From Candidatus Ozemobacteraceae bacterium (GTDB lineage Bacteria > Muiribacteriota > Ozemobacteria > Ozemobacterales > Ozemobacteraceae), in contig OZ223236.1 of NCBI GenBank assembly GCA_965140445.1, positions 4,775,191 through 4,839,190 of the forward strand: a stretch of DNA of 64,000 nucleotides, given 5' to 3'. The notes beneath the pieces are model-generated. The model did no database searches. It worked only from the letters and a program-made list of their open reading frames with translations, and was not told the DNA's origin. Shown one piece after another: positions 29,079 through 39,783 of this stretch. The position numbers and the translations under genes were made by a program. Position 1 is the stretch's first letter. The number at the start of each line of letters is the position of its first letter.

Positions 29079-29798
29079 TTAATGGGGAATTGTCAGGTTT
29101 TCAACCGATTCTGGTTCTGGTTCTGGAAGTTCCTCAGGTTTTGGGGGTTGAACCAATCCCCCTGAAATTACAATTTTCATGGCGTCTTCAATATCCATTT
29201 CCGTATCAACAATTCTAGATTTTTCTATGATTAAAAGAAAGCCTGATGTTGGGTTCGGAGTTGTTGGCACATAAACCGTGGCCATTTGCTTTTCTTTAAA
29301 ATTATGAGATTTTAATGGAACAGTGAAATCGCCAGTTACAAAACCAAATGTCCAGCTATGTTCCTTGGGGTATTCAACCATAACAACTCTTTTGAATTCT
29401 CCCCTGTTTTTCTGAATCAAAACCCCGGCAACCTGTTTCACGCCATTATACAAAGAGCGTATAACTGGTATCTTTTCTAAGGATTTATCAATCCCGTCAA
29501 TAATTCTTTTACCAATAAAGTTTTGTGCAATAATTCCAACAACAGCACAAAGCATAGCGGTCAAGATAATCCCGACTCCCGGAATTCGATAACCCAAACT
29601 TCTTGTCACAGCACTCCCCAGGAGTCCGTCTGTGATCTGAAAGATGAAATACATTGTATAAAGCGTCACTGCAAGAGGAACAAGAACCAGCACCCCTGTT
29701 AAGAAATACCGTCTCATCTCAAGCATAAGATCATTTATCTTATCAGAAGCATTTTCGAGAGTTTTGTTCAATCGCTCATGCTGTATAGGCAATTTCAT
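29079..29798 (-). CDS. DUF502 family membrane protein
   Basis: Two TM helices followed by ...YPKEHSWTFGFVTG...VYVPTTPNPTSGFLLII. Overlaps the upstream gene by 4 nt. Confidence 0.6.
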   Translation of the reverse strand: MKLPIQHERLNKTLENASDKINDLMLEMRRYFLTGVLVLVPLAVTLYTMYFIFQITDGLLGSAVTRSLGYRIPGVGIILTAMLCAVVGIIAQNFIGKRIIDGIDKSLEKIPVIRSLYNGVKQVAGVLIQKNRGEFKRVVMVEYPKEHSWTFGFVTGDFTVPLKSHNFKEKQMATVYVPTTPNPTSGFLLIIEKSRIVDTEMDIEDAMKIVISGGLVQPPKPEELPEPEPESVENLTIPH

Positions 29799-31045
29799 GC
29801 TAATCCCTCTTCTGGAAAGATTTTCACAGTTTCAACCTTTCTTCCATCACTTTTTAAGACTCGAAACAAATACGAATTAACTTCAAAAGTTTCACCCGTA
29901 GCAGGTATTCTACCAAGAGTGGCCAGGATAATACCATTTAAAGTTGTAACTCCATCAATAGACTCAAGTTTTAGTTCGGTTTTATCGTTTATGTCAGATA
30001 GGCTTATCTCGCAACGAACCGTGTAAGACCCATCGTCATGGAATTTTATTCCAGAAACCGGCTTGTCAAATTCATCATGAATCTCTCCGACAAATTCTTC
30101 CAGCAGATCTTCAAAGGTAACAATTCCACTCATCGAGCCAAATTCATCCAGAACAACTGAAACCTGGAGATTTTTTTCTTTCATCTCCTTAAACAATTCG
30201 AATCCAGATTTCATTTCAGGAACAAAATATGGAGTGGTCATTAATTCAACAATAGTTTTAGCCTTGTCCCCTCTTAGAAATAAGTCCTTAAAATACAAAA
30301 TTCCTACAACTTGCCCAATCTCTTCCCTATATATTGGAATTCTTGAAAATCCAGAATCAAGGATAGTTTTTCTTGCAAGCCCGAGTGGAGAGTTTTCTTC
30401 CAGGCCAGTAACACTTATTCTTGGGATCATAATCTCGTTCACATGCTTTTCCCGCATCCCGATTATACCTTTAGCCATTTCACTGGAATGCTCCTGAATG
30501 GTTCCAGAGCTTAATCCATGACCCAAAAGAATTAGCAACTCATCTCTGGAAATGGTTCCTTCTTCATCATTTTGCCCAATTCCAATCACTTTCATAACCG
30601 ATCTTGTAAAAGTTGACACTATTACAACTGGAAAATGAAAAACGATTTCAAAAAAGGTCAATAAAGAGAGAAATTTTAAACAAAATTTTAGTGGGCGATA
30701 ACTGAAAGCCATTTTCGGAAGAAACTCGCAAAAAACAAAAATGAAAATAGAAACAAGAATCGTTTCGATTTCTAACCAGGCTGGATTAAATGTCTGAACC
30801 AATCCAGTCAATATGGATGTTGCAAGAACAAGAAAACTATTGGTACCAATTAAGGTTAGAGCCAAAAACCGCTCTGGTGACTCAGCAAGCCGAATAAGGC
30901 TACGTTCCTTTGATGCATTTTTGGAACGAGCCCTGTATCTGAGATAATCAATATCTAAGCTGACAAATCCAGTTTCTGCCCCGTTGAAAACGGCATTAAA
31001 AGCAAGAAACACACAAGCCAGCCCGACATAGAAAAATAATGTCAT
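29795..31045 (-). CDS. CNNM/TlyC-family transporter-like protein (DUF21 + CBS pair + CorC_HlyC)
   Basis: 416 aa. N-terminal TM domain, a CBS pair, and a C-terminal transporter-associated domain. Confidence 0.8.
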   Translation of the reverse strand: MTLFFYVGLACVFLAFNAVFNGAETGFVSLDIDYLRYRARSKNASKERSLIRLAESPERFLALTLIGTNSFLVLATSILTGLVQTFNPAWLEIETILVSIFIFVFCEFLPKMAFSYRPLKFCLKFLSLLTFFEIVFHFPVVIVSTFTRSVMKVIGIGQNDEEGTISRDELLILLGHGLSSGTIQEHSSEMAKGIIGMREKHVNEIMIPRISVTGLEENSPLGLARKTILDSGFSRIPIYREEIGQVVGILYFKDLFLRGDKAKTIVELMTTPYFVPEMKSGFELFKEMKEKNLQVSVVLDEFGSMSGIVTFEDLLEEFVGEIHDEFDKPVSGIKFHDDGSYTVRCEISLSDINDKTELKLESIDGVTTLNGIILATLGRIPATGETFEVNSYLFRVLKSDGRKVETVKIFPEEGLA

Positions 31046-31072
31046 GCCTTCCCCTGAGCACCTCTAAACTGC

Positions 31073-32383
31073 TTATGAAGCAATCTTTTCCTGCCCATTT
31101 GTACATATAGCGAATTTTACACGCAGAATTCGATTCCCTTTAATCTCGGTAACCTGAAAGGTTCCCTGGGCTTCTTCAAACATCTCACCTTTTTGTGGTA
31201 TACGTCCCAGCTTTTCAAGCACGAAGCCACCCACGGTTTCGGAATCTTCGTAATCCAATTTAGTATCAAGCTCTTCTTCCATGTCTTTGATACTAAACCT
31301 TGCATCTATACTATATACATTCTTTTCTAGCTGTAAAAGCGGTTTTTGCTCGTCAAGATCATATTCGTCAACAATCTCACCAACAATCTCTTCAAGCAAA
31401 TCCTCGATAGTTACTAATCCTGAAATTCCACCATATTCATCTACCACAAGTGCAAGATGCTGCTTTCTTTTCTGAAATTCTCTTAGCAAATCATCAAGTT
31501 TTTTAGTTTCAGGAACAAAAAATGGAGGGCGCAAAAGCTTGAATAAATCATAACTTTTTTTAATTTCATCAAGCTTCATTAAAATATCTTTTACATAAAC
31601 GATACCCACTACTCTATCCAGACTTCCATCATAAACAGGAAATCTTGAGTGGCCGTCTTCTCTAATGAACTCTAATAATTCTTCAAGTTCAATATTAATT
31701 GGCATAGAAATAATATCTGGTCTGGGAACCATTACTTCACGGGTAAAAGTGTCGCCAAACTCAAAAACAGAGCTGATCATTTCTTTCTCATCCCGTTCAA
31801 TAATTCCAACTTCCTCTCCGAGGCTGAAATAACTATCTATTTCTTCCATTGAAGTGGAAGAACCAAGGTGAGAATTCCATTCTGCATACTTCGGAAAAGC
31901 CTTTTTCAAAAACAAAACCACAGCCCCAGTAATCGGTGAAAACAAAAAGATAAAAATTCTTAAAGGCTTAACAACAACTCTTGCATAACCATAAGCACCA
32001 AAAATGGCAATTGTCTTTGGCGTAATTTCGCCAAAAATCAAAAGTAAAATGGTCATAACAACTGAAGCCACAGCAATACTAATAGGAATGCTGCTTCCGA
32101 GGTATTGTGCAATTGGCGACGTAGGCAAATATTTCATTAAAAAAGCAGTTGCCATGGCAGTGGCACCAACATTTACCAGAGTATTTCCCAGTAATAAGGT
32201 TAAGAGCATTTTCTGCTTGTCAGCAAGCACGCCCAGTATCTCATTAGCCCTGCCATCGCCCTCTGTCTCAAGTTTTTTAAGGCGCAATGGTGAAAGAGCA
32301 AAAAAGGCTGTTTCAGTTGCAGAGAAAAAAGCAGAAAGAATCAAAAAGCCTACAAATATCAACCCCGAAAAATAGTCGTCCAT
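31073..32383 (-). CDS. CNNM/TlyC-family transporter-like protein (DUF21 + CBS pair + CorC_HlyC), second paralog
   Basis: 436 aa with the same architecture (GEITPKT, REVMVPR, HLALVVDEYGGISGLVTIEDLLEEIVGEI). Confidence 0.85.
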   Translation of the reverse strand: MDDYFSGLIFVGFLILSAFFSATETAFFALSPLRLKKLETEGDGRANEILGVLADKQKMLLTLLLGNTLVNVGATAMATAFLMKYLPTSPIAQYLGSSIPISIAVASVVMTILLLIFGEITPKTIAIFGAYGYARVVVKPLRIFIFLFSPITGAVVLFLKKAFPKYAEWNSHLGSSTSMEEIDSYFSLGEEVGIIERDEKEMISSVFEFGDTFTREVMVPRPDIISMPINIELEELLEFIREDGHSRFPVYDGSLDRVVGIVYVKDILMKLDEIKKSYDLFKLLRPPFFVPETKKLDDLLREFQKRKQHLALVVDEYGGISGLVTIEDLLEEIVGEIVDEYDLDEQKPLLQLEKNVYSIDARFSIKDMEEELDTKLDYEDSETVGGFVLEKLGRIPQKGEMFEEAQGTFQVTEIKGNRILRVKFAICTNGQEKIAS

Positions 32384-32424
32384 AAATTTTTAAATATTCC
32401 ACCCTTTAAGCATTGTAAAAAGTT

Positions 32425-32928
32425 TTAATCCTCTTCAATTACTCTTTTTATCAGAGGAGCAACTTTTTTTACATCCATACATCCCAAAAGCTTTTTATCA
32501 CAAAGATGCTGGCAAATAGAAACTTCTCTTTCACGCATAACTTTGCGATCAGAAACTTTCATATGATCATAGCCAGCTAGATGTAATAAGCCATGAATCA
32601 AAAGAAAAACAATTTCAAACACCGTTTCATGTTTTAAGTTTGCAGCCTGCCGTATAGCAGTTTCAGTGCTTATTACAATATCACCAATTGGCTTAATCTC
32701 ATTCCCAAATCCATCATCTTCCAGCGGAAAAGATAGCACATCCGTAGGCTCATTTTTTCCAAGATAATCATTGTTCAGCTTTTGAATAAAGTCATCGTCA
32801 CAAAAAACCAAAGACAATTCTGAATTCTCAGAACAGCCTTCAAATTTCATTATTTCAATCGCAATATCTTTAATAAAATCCAGGTCTACTGAAAATTGAT
32901 CTTGCGTATTACTGATCAGAACTTCCAT
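32425..32928 (-). CDS. ybeY: Endoribonuclease YbeY (16S rRNA maturation)
   Basis: Zinc motif HGLLHLAGYDH. The internal ATG (MEVLISN...) at 32928 is preferred; the track start at 32985 would overlap the upstream gene by 77 nt. Confidence 0.9.
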   Translation of the reverse strand: MEVLISNTQDQFSVDLDFIKDIAIEIMKFEGCSENSELSLVFCDDDFIQKLNNDYLGKNEPTDVLSFPLEDDGFGNEIKPIGDIVISTETAIRQAANLKHETVFEIVFLLIHGLLHLAGYDHMKVSDRKVMREREVSICQHLCDKKLLGCMDVKKVAPLIKRVIEED

Positions 32929-35092
32929 TTGTAGCCCCCTTTGGTTGTTGATTCGAAAGTTTACCAGGGTAGTCGATTCTTCCATGATACATGGAAGTTA
33001 GAACTCTTACAAAAATCTGTTCAATTTTTTCTATATCTTTCAAAGTCAAATCACTTTCGTCCAACTGATTTTCATCATAAAGTTTATGCTCAATAATTTT
33101 TTGAACCAAACCTTCAATTTTACTATGCGTGTGTTGCTGCAAAGTTCTGGAGGCCGCCTCAACTGAATCGGCCAACATTATAATTGCGGCTTCCTTTGTC
33201 TGTGGTTTAGGACCAGGATATCTGAATCTTTCTTCATTCACATCCTCGCCATCTTTATTCTTCTTGGCTTCCTCAAAAAAGTAGCTTATCAAAGTAGTCC
33301 CATGATGCTGTGACATAATCGACAAAACACGTTCCGGCAACCCGTATTCTCTTCCTAGATCCAGACTGTCCCTGATATGCCCAACCAAAATCAAACTCGA
33401 CATATATGGAGTAACCTGATCATGTTTATTTTCATCACTTTGATTTTCGGCAAAATAGGCTGGTCGCTTGAGCTTTCCAATGTCATGAAAATATGAACCG
33501 ATTTTAGTTAAAAGAGCATCAGCATTGATACCGTTGGCTGCAGCCTCAGCCAGTGTGGCAACCGCAACGCTGTGTTGGTAGGTTCCTGGCGCTTCGTCTG
33601 CAAGCTTTCGCAGCAGCGGCTGGGAAAGATCCGCAAGTTCCAGTAATCTTGAACTTGTCGCTAGAGAAAATAGGCTTTCCATATATGGGAGCAAGCCATT
33701 TGCCAGAATTCCTGAGAAAATACCATTAATAAAACCAAGACCGGCTACTAATCCGATCTGTTTAAAATCCATGGTTGCAAAGCTTTCGGAATCCAGAAGA
33801 AGAAAGGCTAACAGTGAAACCGCATTTGCCACCCCTATTTTTACGCCAGTATAACCAATCAGAGTTCTGACATTGATATCCCTTGAAGCTGCCTTCCAGG
33901 CAAGAATACCAGTCAAACTTCCCAGGATACTAACTATTACAAAGCGCGAGTTGGATTCCGCAATAACAAACATCAAAAGGCCCATTAAAACAGTATTAAA
34001 TAGTGCAACAGAACTATTTAAAAGCATTGTCATCAAAAGCGCTATCGATGGCAGGGGAGACAGAAGAAAGACCAGATAAGGCTTACTGAAAGCCCCACCA
34101 ATAGTAACCACAGTTTTTGCCAGAACAATATTTAACAAGGCCAGAACGCCCAGCAGCTTGTATTGCTCAGAATCTTTAAGCATCTGAATGTGATCAAGTC
34201 GCAAAAAAACAAGTGAAAGCAACAATACCAATAACCCAATTAAAAAGTTTCCTGAAAAGGACAAAACCCTATTTTTGTGTAATTGCTTGGCTATTCTTTT
34301 TAAAACATAGTAGTCATCAGAAGTAACCAGAACCCCTTCGTCTATGATCTTCTGGCCTTTTTGAAAAGTTCTTTTCACCGGCTGAATAGAATTGGCTGCG
34401 TCTTCTCTACGTTTCCTGGTTAATTTCTCATCTTCAATAGCATTTACTGATAGCGCACCTCGAACAATTCCAGTCATCAGAATTTTGAAAATAGAATTTT
34501 CGGGAAATGATTCAACTCTTGAAGAAACTTCATCCTTAATCATTTCCAGGTTTTGTGAAGTGATGATTCTCTGGCTCATATTAGACAAGATCTGCCGGGA
34601 CGATGATCGCAACCTTTCAACCTGAGAAGGGCGCAAAGTTCTTAACTTTACAAGACGATTAGCGTCTAATAAAAGATCCGAATCAAAATATGAAGCAATG
34701 AGATTTTCCGGTCCCTGGGAAGGAGGAAGTTCACGAAGCTCCAGATAAAAGTCGGAAAGATTGTTTGAAAAACGATCAAATCGTTCCAGAGTCTGCTCTT
34801 CTGCATTTTCTATATTGGTGTAAACCGGCTTGATCTTTTGCTTTTCAAGGGCCCTAAGTTCGTTAGTCTTTCTTTCATCTTCAAAACTAATTAAACGCGG
34901 ACATCTGATAGTCTTTGGAGCAGGCTTCCCTTCAACAACATCAGGACTAAATCCACTTGGGTCAATAACCATAACAAAAACTAATAGAATGAAAAACAGA
35001 ACAACCTGAAAAAGAAACTTTTTCTGTTGCTTGGCTGGAATATTGAGCCACTCCAGAAAGCTGGACAACAATACGTTGGTTTTATCGCTCAC
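32909..35092 (-). CDS. 7TM-receptor HD/HDIG phosphohydrolase (PgpH/YqfF-like)
   Basis: 727 aa. Extracellular N-terminal domain, a 7-TM block, and a C-terminal HD domain (HSVAVATLAEAAA, FHDIGK, HHG). Confidence 0.8.
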   Translation of the reverse strand: MSDKTNVLLSSFLEWLNIPAKQQKKFLFQVVLFFILLVFVMVIDPSGFSPDVVEGKPAPKTIRCPRLISFEDERKTNELRALEKQKIKPVYTNIENAEEQTLERFDRFSNNLSDFYLELRELPPSQGPENLIASYFDSDLLLDANRLVKLRTLRPSQVERLRSSSRQILSNMSQRIITSQNLEMIKDEVSSRVESFPENSIFKILMTGIVRGALSVNAIEDEKLTRKRREDAANSIQPVKRTFQKGQKIIDEGVLVTSDDYYVLKRIAKQLHKNRVLSFSGNFLIGLLVLLLSLVFLRLDHIQMLKDSEQYKLLGVLALLNIVLAKTVVTIGGAFSKPYLVFLLSPLPSIALLMTMLLNSSVALFNTVLMGLLMFVIAESNSRFVIVSILGSLTGILAWKAASRDINVRTLIGYTGVKIGVANAVSLLAFLLLDSESFATMDFKQIGLVAGLGFINGIFSGILANGLLPYMESLFSLATSSRLLELADLSQPLLRKLADEAPGTYQHSVAVATLAEAAANGINADALLTKIGSYFHDIGKLKRPAYFAENQSDENKHDQVTPYMSSLILVGHIRDSLDLGREYGLPERVLSIMSQHHGTTLISYFFEEAKKNKDGEDVNEERFRYPGPKPQTKEAAIIMLADSVEAASRTLQQHTHSKIEGLVQKIIEHKLYDENQLDESDLTLKDIEKIEQIFVRVLTSMYHGRIDYPGKLSNQQPKGATNGSSDQ

Positions 35093-36068
35093 TGTTTAAT
35101 AATCCCTTAGCTTCATAAGTTTCAAATGCATTAATTATTCGTTTTACAAGCTCATGCCGAATTACATCTTTTGATGTTAAATCTGTGAAATTAACACTTT
35201 CAAGGCCTTCTAAAATCTCTTTTAATTTTAATAGAGAAGAAGAGCTGGTTTTTGGAAGGTCTATCTGAGTATGGTCGCCGGTTACAACAATTTTTGAGCC
35301 ATAGCCAAGTCGCGTCAATACCATACGCATTTGGGCCATGGTCGTGTTTTGCGCTTCATCAAGAACAATAAATGACTCATTGAAAGTTCTACCACGCATA
35401 TATGCTAAAGGAGTAATTTCAATAACTCCCTGCCGCAAAAACTGTTCAAATTTGGCTAATCCAATAAACTCCTGCAGAGAATCATAAAGGGGCCTAAAAT
35501 GCGGATCAACTTTTTCCTTTAAATCTCCAGGAAGATATCCCAGATTTTCGCCAGCCTCAACAACTGGTCGGGAAAGAATTACCTTGGTAACTTTCTTTTC
35601 CTTAAGAGCATTAATAGCCATAGCTGTAGCAAGGTAAGTTTTTCCGGTTCCGGCTGGGCCCCTTGCAATTGTTAAAACATTTTTTTCTATTGCTTTAACA
35701 TATTTCTGTTGAGCTATGGTTTTTGGCTTAATTGATCTGCCGGTTGAAGTAATTAAAATTTCTTTAAAAGACAAATTTTCATTTTTCTGACCCATGGAGC
35801 TAGCAACTGTTGTTTGTTCAAAAAGCCTCTGCATTTCAAACGGACCAAGCTCTTCAGGTTCTTTTAGCCTATCAGAAAGATTCTCTATAAATTTTTTCGC
35901 CAGAGCTAAACTGTCATTGGAACCTTCTAGAAAAATGCAATTCCCTCGAGCCCATGACTTTAGGCCAGGTAACTTACCTATAAGCTCCAAACCTGAGTTA
36001 GTACCAGTTGCCAATAAATACCTGGCAAGCTCTTCAGATAACTCAAGCTTTTCTTCCGGAGGACACAT
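35082..36068 (-). CDS. phoH: PhoH-like ATPase
   Basis: Walker A GPAGTGKTYLA, DEAQN, GD..Q.DL. The phoH-pgpH-ybeY synteny is conserved. Confidence 0.9.
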   Translation of the reverse strand: MCPPEEKLELSEELARYLLATGTNSGLELIGKLPGLKSWARGNCIFLEGSNDSLALAKKFIENLSDRLKEPEELGPFEMQRLFEQTTVASSMGQKNENLSFKEILITSTGRSIKPKTIAQQKYVKAIEKNVLTIARGPAGTGKTYLATAMAINALKEKKVTKVILSRPVVEAGENLGYLPGDLKEKVDPHFRPLYDSLQEFIGLAKFEQFLRQGVIEITPLAYMRGRTFNESFIVLDEAQNTTMAQMRMVLTRLGYGSKIVVTGDHTQIDLPKTSSSSLLKLKEILEGLESVNFTDLTSKDVIRHELVKRIINAFETYEAKGLLNSER

Positions 36069-36955
36069 CAGACATCCTCCTCCTCTGGAACAGAAACAAT
36101 CTGAACAGCTGGAGCAAAAAGATCTTCAAAATCCTGATCGCTTTTTTCCAAAGTAACCTGGCCAAAACCGCCGGACTGAAAACGCCTTATAATATCTGTC
36201 GCAGCGCGATATTCGTCAGGATTTCCACCCTTTAATAGAAAATTCATTCTCTTTGCGTAATGCTCAATAAAAACATCAAAATTGGATTCACATTCAGCAA
36301 AACCAGGCAATACAAATTGTTGCCCTGCACGAGTTAAAATTTCAGTTAAAAGTTTAGCTTGCTCAAACGGACTCTCAGCATTCCCTGGCATAGTATTAAT
36401 GAGCCTGAGAATATCACCACGTTTCAAAAGAGAAAAATCTAAGATTCCAGGAAGATCCAGCAATTCAAGGCTCCCAGGAAGTTTGATCCATTGAATATCT
36501 CTGGTCAAACCTGGCCTATTTGCAGCTTGGGCTGCTTTTCTACCAGCCAGAGAGTTAATAAGGGTGGATTTTCCAACATTGGGAATCCCAATGATCATAA
36601 CCCGACGAACTTTACGGGTTGGTGGCGGTACACCGGGCTTTGTTCTAAAAGCTGAAGCCTTTATTAAATTTGCAAGCTTCTTTACAGAGCTTCTGTTTCT
36701 GGCGTCCAATGCCAAAGCGGGAATACCCTCTTTGCGATAACGATCTATCCACTTTTTTGTTTCCTGCTTATCAGCAAGATCTGCTTTTCCGAGGGCTATT
36801 ATAGACTGCTTATCCAGTCTATCAATAAATCCTCTGAGTCTTGAGCCCCATGGCATTCTTGCATCCACAAGCTCAACAATAAGGTCAACAACTGGTAAAA
36901 ATCTGTCGACCGAGCGAAACGCTTTTTTAATATGACCGGGAAGTTCTTTACTCAT
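36068..36955 (-). CDS. rbgA: Ribosome biogenesis GTPase A (circularly permuted YlqF/RbgA family)
   Basis: Permuted order G4 (GKADL), then G1 (GIPNVGKSTLIN), then G3 (DLPG). ATG at 36955 is preferred to the TTG at 36979. Confidence 0.8.
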   Translation of the reverse strand: MSKELPGHIKKAFRSVDRFLPVVDLIVELVDARMPWGSRLRGFIDRLDKQSIIALGKADLADKQETKKWIDRYRKEGIPALALDARNRSSVKKLANLIKASAFRTKPGVPPPTRKVRRVMIIGIPNVGKSTLINSLAGRKAAQAANRPGLTRDIQWIKLPGSLELLDLPGILDFSLLKRGDILRLINTMPGNAESPFEQAKLLTEILTRAGQQFVLPGFAECESNFDVFIEHYAKRMNFLLKGGNPDEYRAATDIIRRFQSGGFGQVTLEKSDQDFEDLFAPAVQIVSVPEEEDV

Positions 36956-37002
36956 AATATTTTTTTGGAGACAAAACAAAAATTTCAGGCAAATCTATTT
37001 GA

Positions 37003-38022
37003 TTAATTGCCAATTCCCGCCACAGTTTCTCCTGGCGAGACATCAAGGTTGTGGTGAGGATGACTGCGAATAGGATGAATACGATTAAATGGGAGATAAG
37101 CAAAAACTGCCTGTCCCTTAAGATTCTCAAGCGGCATCTTACCCCAATATCTGCTATCTGCACTATTATTGCGGTTATCTCCAAGAACAAAAACACTATC
37201 GGCTGGAACCACATACTCAAAATCTGAAACCGGTGGTTCAGCTATGTAAGGTTCGTCTAACGGAACAGAATTAACGAATACAATTCCATTCTCAATTAAA
37301 ATATGGTCGCCCGCCAGGCCAACAACTCTTTTAATGTAGTCCTTGGGGGGAGCCGATTTATCCGGGTTTGGATATTTAAAAACAATAATATCCCCACGTT
37401 TTGGCTTTGCAAGCCAGATTCTTGGAGCAAAAGGAATTCTTCCATCAAGAGACAGATCAGCTACATAAGCAAATCTGTTCACCAGAATCCTGTCTCCGTC
37501 TCTGGTTTTTTTGCCAGTAGCATAGTCTTTTTTCTCACCCAGAAGAGTAGGTTCCATGCTCCCTGTTGGTATCCAGAAAGCCTGTAAAACTAAACTACGA
37601 ATAAGAATTGCAAGAAAAAAAGCAATAAAAATAGTCTCGTTCCATTCACGAAACGAGCCTTTATAATGCAAAGTATAACTCGAACTATCCAGGACTGAAT
37701 CATCGGGATCAATAACCTTTAATGAGAGGTTATTGACCCCGTTGTGCAGCTTTAGATCAGTCCGGAAACGTCCACGTTTGAAAGATTCGATCTGGCTGGA
37801 TTCGCTAGCTTCCTTAAAAAAAGGTCTATAACCGTGCGTAAGCACAATTTTAGCCCCTTCAGGAACCTTGCCACTGATACTACCAGTGAGCTTAAGTTCT
37901 GACTCAGCCAAAACTTCATCCAGATCAAGCGCATCTATAGGGACAACTTGATCGCCATATCGAATCGAAATGTCGTGGATAAACACCCCGACTCCCTTTT
38001 CGGGAACGGAATCATTATTCAA
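37003..38022 (-). CDS. lepB: Signal peptidase I with an approximately 130-aa N-terminal extension
   Basis: Catalytic Ser box IPTGSMEPTL, Lys box (KRVVGLAGD), and GDNRNNSADSRYWG. The TM helix comes only at about aa 135. Confidence 0.85.
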   Translation of the reverse strand: MNNDSVPEKGVGVFIHDISIRYGDQVVPIDALDLDEVLAESELKLTGSISGKVPEGAKIVLTHGYRPFFKEASESSQIESFKRGRFRTDLKLHNGVNNLSLKVIDPDDSVLDSSSYTLHYKGSFREWNETIFIAFFLAILIRSLVLQAFWIPTGSMEPTLLGEKKDYATGKKTRDGDRILVNRFAYVADLSLDGRIPFAPRIWLAKPKRGDIIVFKYPNPDKSAPPKDYIKRVVGLAGDHILIENGIVFVNSVPLDEPYIAEPPVSDFEYVVPADSVFVLGDNRNNSADSRYWGKMPLENLKGQAVFAYLPFNRIHPIRSHPHHNLDVSPGETVAGIGN

Positions 38023-38025
38023 TGC

Positions 38026-38394
38026 TTACTTTTTATCCTTTGCGAAGATTTTGTCTTTAACTCTAGTCTTCTTACCAATTCTATCGCGGAGATAATATAG
38101 TTTTGCGCGAGCAACTTTACCACGACGCATAACTTTAATGTCAGCAATGTTAGGAGAATGAATTAGGAAAGTTCTTTCAACGCCAACGCCATAAGAAATT
38201 TTTCTTACGGTGAAGTTTTCGCGCAGGCCAGCATAGCGTTTAGAGATTACAACGCCTTCAAAAGCCTGAAGTCTTTCTTTTTCACCTTCACGAACTTTTA
38301 TTTCCATGCGAATGGTGTCGCCTGGCATAAAAGATGGTAAATCTTTCTGATTTTTCTGGTAGTTTCTTTCAATACTTTCAATAATTGGATTCAT
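38026..38394 (-). CDS. rplS: 50S ribosomal protein L19
   Basis: 122 aa reading ...[29 protein letters not shown]... Confidence 0.95.
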   Translation of the reverse strand: MNPIIESIERNYQKNQKDLPSFMPGDTIRMEIKVREGEKERLQAFEGVVISKRYAGLRENFTVRKISYGVGVERTFLIHSPNIADIKVMRRGKVARAKLYYLRDRIGKKTRVKDKIFAKDKK

Positions 38395-38450
38395 GGATAA
38401 ACTCCTTCCGGAATGGTTTCAATATTATTCTGCTTATTACTTATCCAGGA

Positions 38451-39170
38451 TCAAACAAGATCCTGTATTAGCTGTCTATCTTGCTCTGATAGCTCCAGTT
38501 TTTTAAAGACATCAGGTCGAGAAATCGCTGTTGCCAGCAATGACTGCCCTCGCCTATAAGACTCTATCAAAGCGTGGTTCCCTTCTTGAAGAATTTCTGG
38601 AACTCCTTTTCCCTCCCATATTGCAGGGCGAGTATATTGCGGATGGTCCAGTGGCCCTTCATAAAAGGAATCTTGTTCAACAGATTCCTTTCTGCCAACA
38701 GTTCCCGGGATCATACGAGAAACCGCATCTACAATTGTCATAGCGGCAATTTCTCCTCCGGTGAGAACATAATCTCCCAGCGAAAGCTGAAGATCAAATT
38801 CAGGAATGATTCTTTCATCGAATCCTTCATATCTTCCACAAACCAGTATTATTCTTTCGAATTCTGCGAGCTGTTTTACGACAGACTGATTTAAGGGGAT
38901 TCCCTGCGGAGTAAGTCCTACGACCACTCCTGAGCCACCTTGTTTTCTTACATCCCTTACGCAATTAACAAGAGGTGAAGGCTTCAAAACCATTCCCGGT
39001 CCGCCACCAAAAGGCGTATCATCAACTGTTCTGTGTCGGCCATCGCCATAGTCACGAAATTGATGAATAAATATTTCGATCAGGCCGTTTCTGATTGCCG
39101 ACCCGAGAACACTTTCTTCAAATACATTGTCAAAGACCCCAGGTAGTAAAGTTACTATATCTACCCGCAT
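38451..39170 (-). CDS. trmD: tRNA (guanine37-N1)-methyltransferase
   Basis: MRVDIVTLLPGVF start at 39170, one nt after the rimM stop; an alternative ATG lies at 39188. Motif DDTPFGGGPGMVLKP. Confidence 0.9.
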   Translation of the reverse strand: MRVDIVTLLPGVFDNVFEESVLGSAIRNGLIEIFIHQFRDYGDGRHRTVDDTPFGGGPGMVLKPSPLVNCVRDVRKQGGSGVVVGLTPQGIPLNQSVVKQLAEFERIILVCGRYEGFDERIIPEFDLQLSLGDYVLTGGEIAAMTIVDAVSRMIPGTVGRKESVEQDSFYEGPLDHPQYTRPAIWEGKGVPEILQEGNHALIESYRRGQSLLATAISRPDVFKKLELSEQDRQLIQDLV

Positions 39171-39171
39171 T

Positions 39172-39756
39172 TTAACCTTCTGAAACATGAATACTGAGAG
39201 GCTGAATCAGCTTAACTGATTTAGACTCCCTGTTCACGCTTTCCAGGAATTCCTTCCTGAAAGGCACCAAAACCTCGCCATATTCTTTCGAATCAATAAC
39301 AAGATATGGAGACGGCACTTCTGATTCCAGCATCTTCACCATTCCGATCTCTATTCCTTCGGGAGAGAGAACTTTCATTCCCTGCAACTCATCAGAATAA
39401 AAACGATCTTCTGGCAATTCAGCCCGCTCGTGTCGAGGAATGACAATTGCACCTGAAACAAACCTTGAAGCTTGCTCCCTGTCTTCAATTCCTTCAAATC
39501 TCAACTCAAGCATTACATCAGAATAATGCTCTCGCACTTCTGCTATCACACAAGGTTCAGGGGTTTTGCTCTGCTTTCGTAAAACAAAAACCCTGGCGCC
39601 AGCATGAAATCTTTCTGGAAAGTCAGTTTGAAGATTAATTCTTAACCAGCCTTCCAGGGCAATCGCGTTTAGAACCTTCCCTATCGATATCCAATCCGAA
39701 TTTTCATCCGGGCCAGTCGACAGTTCTTTGAATCTAAAGACCTGCGATTTTGCCAT
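39172..39756 (-). CDS. rimM: 16S rRNA processing protein RimM
   Basis: 194 aa. RimM N-terminal barrel (GKVLNAIALEGWLRINLQTDFPERF) plus a PRC barrel. Conserved position between the KH protein and trmD. Confidence 0.85.
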   Translation of the reverse strand: MAKSQVFRFKELSTGPDENSDWISIGKVLNAIALEGWLRINLQTDFPERFHAGARVFVLRKQSKTPEPCVIAEVREHYSDVMLELRFEGIEDREQASRFVSGAIVIPRHERAELPEDRFYSDELQGMKVLSPEGIEIGMVKMLESEVPSPYLVIDSKEYGEVLVPFRKEFLESVNRESKSVKLIQPLSIHVSEG

Positions 39757-39783
39757 TGTCCATGCTCCAAAGTCTGATTAAAA

